A stretch of DNA of 63,147 nt, filler included, from Craspedostauros australis (lineage: Eukaryota), in the NCBI GenBank assembly GCA_030167865.1. It is 5 parts of 5 records of this genome, joined end to end, with 100 filler letters (N's around TTAATTAATTAA, not from the genome) between each part and the next. Parts side by side here need not be neighbours in the genome. Positions count along the whole stretch, not along the records: positions 36,329 to 63,147 come from JALAGF010004218.1; 4 more parts are not named here. One strand, 5' to 3'. Both the position numbers and the translations under genes were made by a program. Each line of letters begins with the position of its first letter. Position 1 is the stretch's first letter. Shown in pieces: positions 43,038 through 51,466 of the stretch. The notes under the pieces were generated by a model. That model had not been told where the DNA came from and did no database searches. It saw only the letters and a list, made by a program, of their open reading frames with translations.

Positions 43038-43411
43038 GAGGCATTCGACAGCTCGCTCAAAGCACGGTCCTAAGGGGCCGGTGGCGGCGAGGGTAAAGCC
43101 TACAGGCACATTCCTAATGTAATCACTGAGTTATTATCATCTTGAGCAGAGATCACTGGAGGACGAAAAATGTATGTTAGCGCGAAGCACCTCGCTACCA
43201 GGAGAGAGGCGATCACAATCTACATCAACCAAAGCAAAAGGTACCGCTATGATACTCGTGCGGCTGCCTGTTTAGTGGTCTGCAAAGAGAGCATCGCTTG
43301 GGTGTGGATAGAGCACTCCATCCCCACCCAGCCTTCGAGACAGCTGGACGCGGAGTGGTGGGAAGGGACTTTCGTGTCGCGAGCGGAAGTTTCTCAACAT
43401 GAGAACCCATA

Positions 43412-43552
43412 TGACGTCAGCGGGCAGATGTGACATCCCATCATGATGTCACCAGATGATGTCACGACACCAATCCAAAACGTATCTTTTCTTCTCGGAT
43501 CATCAACAACGCGCACAAGTCGTTCCAAATCTTGTCACGCGCCTCTTGTCAC
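43412..43552. promoter_or_regulatory. Candidate promoter motif cluster: TGACGTCA palindrome plus five GTCAC/GTGAC sites
   Basis: TGACGTCA at 43412-43419; GTGACATC at 43430-43437 is inverted to GATGTCAC at 43445-43452; GATGTCAC again at 43458-43465; CTTGTCAC at 43531 and 43545. The cluster lies 60-200 nt upstream of the DUF1275 ATG. Confidence 0.35.
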
Positions 43553-43611
43553 AAATCCAGAGAAACAACATCAAGCAAGCAACATCAACAACAAACAACA
43601 TCAAGCAAACC

Positions 43612-44523
43612 ATGATGATGACAAGACGAAATACAGGCATCGCAGGCATCCTGCTGCTGGCGACGTTGGCCGGATGCGCCACCGCCAAGAAGGAAGGTAC
43701 CATCCGTTCTCACCTGCCAACACCATCGTCCATCGATGCGACAGTCCGCTCCATGCCCCCGCGAGGCGGTTGGGATGTCGTCGTGGGAAAGCGCACGGGA
43801 GGAGCAATAGTCGAGGTGACGAAGTCGAGGAAGGTGACCGCGAAGGCCGCCGTCGCCCTCGGCATCGCGCTGGCATTCAACGCCGGATTCGTCAACGGCT
43901 GCTGCCTTTCCGGACTCGCCGCCGCCGACAAGACCAAGCAGGCCGTTTCCGCGGTGACCGCGTCGTACACCAACGGCGCCTTGGGCCTTGCTGCCGGCAA
44001 CACGGCCCAGTTCGTGTTCCTCACCAAGGTCATCCTGAGCTTCCTGGCCGGCTCCATGATCTCCGGCCTCCTGAATCCAAGCCCCGTGCCGTTCGAAGTC
44101 GCATCAGGTCCCTTCGCCTGGTCCTTCGGCATCGGCGCCATCCTACTGTGCATCGCCGGCGGGCGATTGAACCACAGCGCCAAGACGGTCGAGTCCGGCA
44201 TGCTGCTGGCCGCCGTGGCCAACGGCATCCAGAACTCCATCACGTCGACCTTCACGCAGAATCTCTGCCGATCGTCCCACTTCACCGGCATCACGAGCGA
44301 TATCGGCACATTTTTGGGACAAGTCCTGCGCGGCAACAACGCCAACCTCTTCAAACTCAAGGTCTTCGTCGGATTGGCCGTCAGCTTTTGGCTGGGCGGG
44401 TACGTCAGCTGGGACGTGACGAAGACCTACGGCAGCATGGGACTCTACTTCTCGGCGGCACTGTACGTCTTGATCGGCAGTCTGTATGGGCGATTTGCTG
44501 ACAAGTACGGCAAGGAAGACTGA
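43612..44523 (+). CDS. DUF1275/YoaK-family multi-pass membrane protein with a signal peptide
   Basis: Motifs AFNAGFVNG, LSFLAGS, ANGIQNS and RSSHFTGITSDIG, with about 6 hydrophobic helices. Single exon. Confidence 0.85.
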   Translation: MMMTRRNTGIAGILLLATLAGCATAKKEGTIRSHLPTPSSIDATVRSMPPRGGWDVVVGKRTGGAIVEVTKSRKVTAKAAVALGIALAFNAGFVNGCCLSGLAAADKTKQAVSAVTASYTNGALGLAAGNTAQFVFLTKVILSFLAGSMISGLLNPSPVPFEVASGPFAWSFGIGAILLCIAGGRLNHSAKTVESGMLLAAVANGIQNSITSTFTQNLCRSSHFTGITSDIGTFLGQVLRGNNANLFKLKVFVGLAVSFWLGGYVSWDVTKTYGSMGLYFSAALYVLIGSLYGRFADKYGKED

Positions 44524-45227
44524 AGCTGATGCGCATGAGCATGCGCGAGGGTCTGAAGCAGTCTACTCTCATGGCCGAAGAGCGGGCAGCTAAAGAGAGA
44601 GTATCATCACACCGTTGAATGCAAGCATACTACTCTAACTGAATGAATAAAGAGCTATGCGTACTTGACAATGCTACTACGAGTACTCCAGTTGCAACAC
44701 TTTGACTTGTACTGATAGCTTGCGACTGTGCGGAGTCTAATAACAAGCATACCTTGTGTAGAGCAACGGGAGTCAGAATGCATGACCTCTCAGCTATTGT
44801 AGCAGAGGCTATTTGTGCTTGGACATTGGAGACGTGGCCTGCGAGCTAACCTTTGTTGGCGAAGGGTATCTTTCTGATCGTGGAACGTCTCGTGGCTGAC
44901 GCACGACTGCCACGATCGTGTTTCTTCCTCGTGTTTGCTCAATGAGAACATCTTCGTTGTCATCGCGGGTGATTGTCGTCGTCATCATTTCCTTCCACAA
45001 TCATCTGGTGCTGCGATCTTCTTCCAAGAGAGGCAGCATAAAGCACATCACGAAGATTCTTTCCCCTTCGTGTTCTACTGTGTTTCAATCTCCATCCTCT
45101 TATCAGAACTTGTGTTGGCAGAATAGCATAGCATCTCCTATTTGTGCATCGCTCGACTTGGTTGAATTCGAATCCTGAAGAGAGGCAAGGAACAAGCCGC
45201 TCTCGCAGCATTCATTCATTCAATCCA

Positions 45228-46160
45228 ATGACAATGACAATGACAATGACAATGACAACGGCAACTTCATCAGCGACAGCAACCACGATGATGCATCTGT
45301 ACGCACGGATGCTAACAGCCATCGTCAGCTTCATCGCCATCACGAGATCCAATGCATTGAGCGCCAATTCCCTGCTCGCCAACACGCGCTGGAACGTCAA
45401 ACTCGATGTGGGTCTCCAGCCTGGCACATGGATGCCCAAACGTTACCCCGGCTGGGCCGAATCGGGTGCCCGGCTGGGCTTGGATCTCGACATCCAATTC
45501 ACGGATGTGCCATCGCGCGAAAGCGAGATTCTCGTGGGGCCCTCGCAGCTCACGTACGAATTGGACGTCGTCACGCCGACGTGCACCTTCGTGTCGGAAC
45601 GCGGACAAGAGGCCGTGACGTTCGGCGGCGGCGGGTGGTGCATCCAGCGTCCCAATGGCGACGTGCGCAATGAGAATGGAGCCGCGGTGTGTCCCGAAGG
45701 GTTGCTGCGGTTTTGGTTGGATTGCAAGACGGGAGCGAAGCGAAGGGATGTGGAGATTCTTCCCAACACGAGGATATTTTTCACGACGGGTGTGTGGGAT
45801 CGACCCGGCGATGTGGCTGTGCAGAAGGACCAGTATCAGGAGACGGTGACGGAGATGGAGAACTTCATGGAGCGGACGCGGAGCAGCCGGTCGCGGAGGG
45901 AGAATCAGAGCGTCATGGAGCGGATACTGTCCCTGCCCAAGCAGGTGGACGAATCCAAGCAGCTGGAATTACTCATGTCCAAGAAGATGCGACTTGAGCG
46001 AGAGATGCCACCGCCGCAGTCACCGCAGGCATCGAACGGTGTGCAGATCGCATCGACGGGATCGTTGGTGATCAAGGGAAAGGAATCGGCTGGTTGGTTG
46101 CCTGGCTCCGAGTACCTCATCTTGGGCACATTCTCCACTGCCGCTAGAACCAAATGGTGA
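45228..46160 (+). CDS. Hypothetical protein, possibly plastid-targeted (alternative start 45288)
   Basis: Coding-like codon usage. Signal peptide ending SNA-LSA, a globular segment (WNVKLDVGLQPGTWMP..WAESGARL) and a coiled-coil insert. An (ATGACA)5 repeat sits at the start. Confidence 0.75.
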   Translation: MTMTMTMTMTTATSSATATTMMHLYARMLTAIVSFIAITRSNALSANSLLANTRWNVKLDVGLQPGTWMPKRYPGWAESGARLGLDLDIQFTDVPSRESEILVGPSQLTYELDVVTPTCTFVSERGQEAVTFGGGGWCIQRPNGDVRNENGAAVCPEGLLRFWLDCKTGAKRRDVEILPNTRIFFTTGVWDRPGDVAVQKDQYQETVTEMENFMERTRSSRSRRENQSVMERILSLPKQVDESKQLELLMSKKMRLEREMPPPQSPQASNGVQIASTGSLVIKGKESAGWLPGSEYLILGTFSTAARTKW

Positions 46161-46427
46161 CATTCAAGTGGTAACATCCGCAGGGCGCAACACACTTCCA
46201 GTACAGTTGAGTACGGATAGTGTGGGCCGTCAATGTACCCAAGCCCAAGCAGCTCCGCGCAACAATGAATCTGAAAGGCAACCTAGCGACGACGACAACG
46301 CCTGCTGAGAAATGAACTCCACGCAATGTATGGGCACATACCATACAGATAGTGCAATAGAGGATCATGCAATGCAATGATTCTGCAATCTCTAAAATAA
46401 AATCGCGGGTGGCTGCCTCTGAACCTA

Positions 46428-49396
46428 CTATCGCTGTCGCTTGGCGTTCTTGACACCCTTGTCCTTCCTCGTCACCATGTGGGAATTCTTGGATCCACCG
46501 AAGTTCTTCTTGGGCTTGGTCAAGGTTTCCAAATCGACGATGGGGGCGGCACCGATACGATCCACGCCGCTCACATGCCGTGCTTCGATCTTCTCCTTCA
46601 CGTACTTGCTGTGGTCCAGGTAGAACTTGTAATCACCCTGGTACTTGGTCAATTTCTTTTCTTCGATTGCGACGATTGTCGTGGCGACCTTGGAGATGAA
46701 GTAACGGTCGTGCGAAACGATCATGACGGATCCTTCAAAGTACTGCAGAGCTTCCTCCAGCATCTCCTTGGCAGGGATGTCTGTAGGTGAGGGAGATGGA
46801 ATTGTCCAGGATTTTGGAGCCGAGTGTGAGACGAAATGGATGAGATGTGACGTCGCGTTGTTGGTGGCAGGCACAGCACGGAACATCGCAGTACGGAACA
46901 GTATCTACTGTATGGTGCACACACACCGCATCACAAAACACCCAGCAAGCAAGCAGGAGCAATCAACACACGTGTGCAAAACAACAGTTGCACAAGACGG
47001 GAACGTACCCAAATGATTCGTCGGCTCATCCAAGATGAGCAGGTTGGCTGGTCGCAGCATCATGCAGCACAAGGAGAGACGGGCCTTCTCTCCTCCGCTC
47101 AAGTTCTCCACCTTCTTGTCGACGGCGTCGCCCTTGAACAGGAATTGTCCCAGCAAGGCGCGCAGCTCGTTGTAGGATTGACCGTTGCTGGCGCCCTGGA
47201 TGGTATCCAAGACCGTCTTGTCCAAATCCAAGGCATCGGCCTGGTTCTGCTCGAAGTAGTTCATGACGACGTTGGCACCGATGAGCTTGGCCGAGCCGCT
47301 GTCGGGTTGCTCGCGACCGATGAGCAGGCGCAGCAGGGTGCTCTTGCCGGATCCGTTGGGGCCCAGGACGGCGATGCGGTCACCCTTTTCGATGAAGAGG
47401 TCGACGTTGTCGAAGAGGCGGTTCTGCGAAATCTCGTTGGCGTACGAATGCGACATTTGCTCCACTTCGGCGACCTCGGGGCTCAATCGCGGCGCGTCGG
47501 GGAAGCGGAATCTGAATGGCTTTCCGACGAAGGGTGGCTTCTTGACGTAGTCCTCGCTCTTGGTGAGCTTCTCGAGACGTTCCTTGCGCTGCTTGGCGGC
47601 CTGGGGTTGCTTGATCTTGAACTTGTTAATCCACTGCTTCTCGGCCTTGATCTTCTTCTCCTGCGCATCGTAGGCCGCCTGCCAGGAATCCATGCGTGAT
47701 TTCTTGAGCTGGAGGAAGCGGGAGTAGTTGCCGTCGTACTCTGTGCAAACTCCACCCTCGGCATCGACGATCTTGGTGCAAACCTGGTCCAAGAACTCAC
47801 GGTCGTGGCTGACGATGATCATTGGGATGTTCTGGCTGCGGAGGAAATTCTCCAGCCATTCCACGCTCTCCAAATCCAAGTGGTTGGTGGGTTCGTCTGT
47901 TGCGTTGTGAAGAAAAGGGATAGATGAGAAGTGCGATGATGATACAAAGCAGATTGAGTGAGAGGGCACGTGAATGAAGCAACTGCAGTTTTTGCGCTTG
48001 TGGGAGTGGAGATTTAAAACATGCCATTCCATCTCTGCGGACAGAACATTCAAAACTCGTTCTCTCATACCCAACAATAGACGAGCAATTGACGAGCGGT
48101 ACAGCCAGTGAACAGCACAATGAACAGCACAATGGATGGACCAACATAATCGACGAACTCACCCAGCAAGAGGACGTTGGGATCCTTGAGAAGGACCTTT
48201 CCAAGACCGATACGCATCTTCCAACCACCAGAAAAGCTTGCCACGAGATCGTCGGCCTCATCCTCGATGAATCCCATGACGTCCATAACCTTCGTGACGC
48301 GGCTTTCGAGGGCGAAGACGTCCTTATCCTCGGCCCGGTTCTGCAGCTCCTGCAGACGATCGAGGATGGTCTGCATACGCTCTGGATCCTCGGCATCCAT
48401 GGTCTCGAGGTCCTTCTCGGTCTGCTTGAGATCTGCCAGGATGGCATTCTCCTCTACGAAGACGCTCATGAACTCCTCCTTGAGCGTGCGCTCCGGCGTG
48501 AGCTCCTCGATGAATTCCTGACGCAGCATGGCGACGCGCAGATCCTGCGTCGATTTGACGACGTCGCCCGTGGTGGGTTCGAGCTCGCCGTTGAGGATGC
48601 GCAGCTGCGTCGTCTTGCCGGCACCGTTGGCACCGACGAGGCCGATGCGGTCGCCGGTCTGGACTCCCCATGTGACGTCGTTGAGGACGGCCTGATCGCG
48701 GAACGTGACGCCGATGTTCTCTAGACGCAAGGAGGTGTATCCGGGCTGGGAGCTCTCCATGACGCGGATGCGCGGTGGAGGACGCTCCTTGCGGATCTTA
48801 TCCTCCAGCGACAGCTTTTTGGGAGCGGCAGTGGTGGCGGCGGCCTCGCCGTTGGTGGCGGCACCGTTGGCAACGGCTCCCTCGGCCTCCTCCAGCTCCT
48901 GCTGTCGCTTTTGCTTCTTCTCGGCCTTGGCAGCAGCTTTCGCGGCCTCCTTCTCCTGCTTCTTCTTGAGCGCCTTGAGCTCCTTCTTGGAGAGCTTGGG
49001 CTCGTCCTCGCTGTCGTCCGATGATCCCGCTGCGGCCGCCATGTCCGCCTCTTCCATGGCCAACGCCTGCGCCAGCATCTTCTCCTTCTTGGACATGGGC
49101 TTGCCGGCAGACGCCTCCACGTTCTGCTCCTTCTTTTTCTGCTTCTCCAACGCCTTGAGCTCCTTCTTGGACAGCGGCACATCGGCATCTATCTCATCCA
49201 GGGCATCGAGGGCCTCCAACGCGGCGGCCTTGGCATTGGCGCCCTTCTTGGCAAGCAGCGCGGTGGTGCTTCGCGGCATCATCCACGACGACAGAGTCGT
49301 TGCAGTTGTTCTCTGCGGCAGGGACGTCCACGCGTGAGCGTGCGTCGCCAGCAGCAGCCATGGCAGCACCGTGCGGAATGAGCATCGCACTATCAT
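46428..49396 (-). CDS. ABC-F family ribosome-associated ATPase, plastid-targeted
   Basis: Two ABC domains (GANGAGKT / FSGGWKMR / LLLDEPTNHLD and GPNGSGKS / LSGGEKAR / LILDEPTNHLD) with a PtIM linker and no TM domain. Signal peptide ending AHA-W. Exons are 49396-48163, 47896-47009 and 46780-46428. Confidence 0.95.
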
Positions 49397-50164
49397 CGTG
49401 GCTTGTTGCTTGCTTCGGCTTCCTTTCTAATGCTTCTGCTTCTGTGAATGGCAGACTAGGGCGGAGTATTCGGTTTGCCCAACTCAACTCTGTCCAGCTC
49501 AGCTCAGGTATAGCAGGGGTGCGAGTGCGATCCGATGCAATGACTGTGATGCGGTTGCGCACTCCAGCAGGCTGTTTGTCGAATGACAGATGAGTCAAGT
49601 TGTGTCAGTGAAGTGCCCTCGTCTTCCTTCTTTCTTCTTGGGTCGAGAGCGCGGCTGTTGTACTCAGTTGGTGGCCTTCGTTGGGATGGATGCTTCAACT
49701 TGGCTCTCTCTTCATTCATCTCCTGCCGTCATCCCCAACCATTCTCGTCATCTCTCGTCATCTCTGTTGCAAACATCAGCCACGAGAACTTTTCGCTTCC
49801 TTCATTCTTTCGTCACATCAACAACCGTGAACGATGTTGGCAGCATCAACGTGTCATTTCTGCTTCGTTGGTTGTCAGACTCCTTTCGTTCTGAATTGAT
49901 TCATTTGATTGAATCTCATTGGATGGAATAGAGGAATCATGCCACACGATCGAGTTCATTCACGTTCCAACAGGACTGACGCACGACAAAAACAAAATCA
50001 AAGCGAAAAGGCCCATCACATTTCCCCTTGCGGCTATCTTTCCTCCATCCATCATTCCGTCCCGATGCAACGTCTCTGGCCATCGCATCTGATCCGATGA
50101 CATCCGATCACTTGGCACGTCCACACTCGTAGCACACTCGCAGCATAGCACACCCGCAACAACC
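49397..50164. promoter_or_regulatory. Probable bidirectional promoter between ABC-F and EF-P
   Basis: 768-nt spacer between two divergent ATGs. Promoter function is inferred from the gene arrangement only. Confidence 0.55.
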
Positions 50165-51115
50165 ATGTTCTCCATCCGCTCCCTCGTCGTCGCCTTCGCC
50201 GCCATCGCCGGCACAACATCGGCATTCGTGCCATCATCGCCCAACCACTTCGTCGCCCGCACACCGACGCATCTGCAGGTCGCCATCGACACGTCCGACA
50301 TCAAGAATGGATTGACGGTGGAGATCGATGGCGAGCCCTTCAAGGTCCTCAGCTTCAGCATCATGAAGCAGGCGCGTGGAGCGGCCAAGACCACCATCAA
50401 GTTCAAGAATCTCATGCGCGGCAATACCATCGAGAACACCTACCGCAGCGGGGAGAAGTTCCAGACGGCGCAGATCGATAAGATCGGACATATTTTTTCG
50501 TATGCGGATGAAGTGAGTTCCATTGTTTGGTCTTCTTTCTGTTTCTCGTGCTTCATTCTTCTTCTTCTTCTTCTTCTTCTTTGTTTCTTCTTCTGCGATT
50601 GTGTGTATAAGACTACTCGACAATACATAATAGCACGATATCAAATATGGCACAATACTATTATTGTATGGTGCAGTCCTCCATCCGTCTGTCTCGCTGT
50701 CCCATTGCTCCATTTCTCACAACCACACTCACTCATCGTCCACCGCCCACCGTCCAATTCATGAATCTGCAACTCACGCAAACAGAACAACTTCTCCTTC
50801 ATGAACGCGGAATCGTTCGAGGAAACCCTCGTGCCAATTTCCATCGTCGACGAAAGCGCCAAGTGGATCTCGGAGGGCATGGAGCTCAACCTCATCTTCT
50901 TCAATGACAAGTGCATCGAGGTCGTCGTGCCGCTATCCAACACCTACGAGATCACAGACACGGAACCAAACGTCAAGGGCAACACGGCGCAGGGATACAC
51001 CAAGCCAGCCACCTTGGACAGCGGCGCGATCATCTCAGTTCCAGGATACCTCGAGGCCGGCGACAAGATTCGAGTCGACACGGACAGAGGCGCCTTCTTG
51101 CAGCGTGCGGACTAA
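50165..51115 (+). CDS. efp: Translation elongation factor P (EF-P family), plastid-targeted
   Basis: Signal peptide ending TSA-FVP, then DIKNGLTVEIDGEPF, TYRSGEKF, FMNAESFEE and TEPNVKGNTA..TKPATLDSG..VP..GDKIRVDT. Exons are 50165-50512 and 50786-51115. Confidence 0.95.
50557..50594 (+). repeat. (CTT)n microsatellite in the EF-P intron
   Basis: Read directly from the sequence. Confidence 0.85.
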
Positions 51116-51466
51116 GCCAATGTATTCGCAGGGTAGAGCAGAGTACTCAAACACAGTGCTAAACCCGTTCGTCCGCCTTGCCACGCATCAGTTTCGATTC
51201 TTTTTGGTTACTTGTATTATGTATGCAACATCCTAACGTGATCACAGTGTTTTGGCTCATGATTAGTGTACACCGACTTCGCACGAACACCATGCAACAA
51301 ATCATCGACAGGATGCCTTGTCGTGTTCGCGCTTCCATCTTCTTCTTTCCCCATGTTGGTCTCCTGTCTGCTTGGTTTGGCCCATGTGCTGATAGCGATC
51401 CTGTATTCCCCGCCTTTCCTCTCTCCTTCATTCTCATTTATACCACCATCCATGACGTCGTCGCGG

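Larger units (their letters stand above)
36329..43137 (+). mobile_element. Non-LTR retrotransposon (Ambal-like LINE with RNase H), copy B
   Basis: Partial ORF1, A/C-rich spacer, ORF2 and a 100-nt 3' UTR ending TTATTAT, where identity with copy A stops. Confidence 0.93.

Noticed and set aside
43038..43137. Possible self-cleaving ribozyme in the LINE 3' UTR
   Set aside because: Hairpins are present, but I could not identify HDV-like or hammerhead core elements, and retroelement HDV-like ribozymes are normally at the 5' end.
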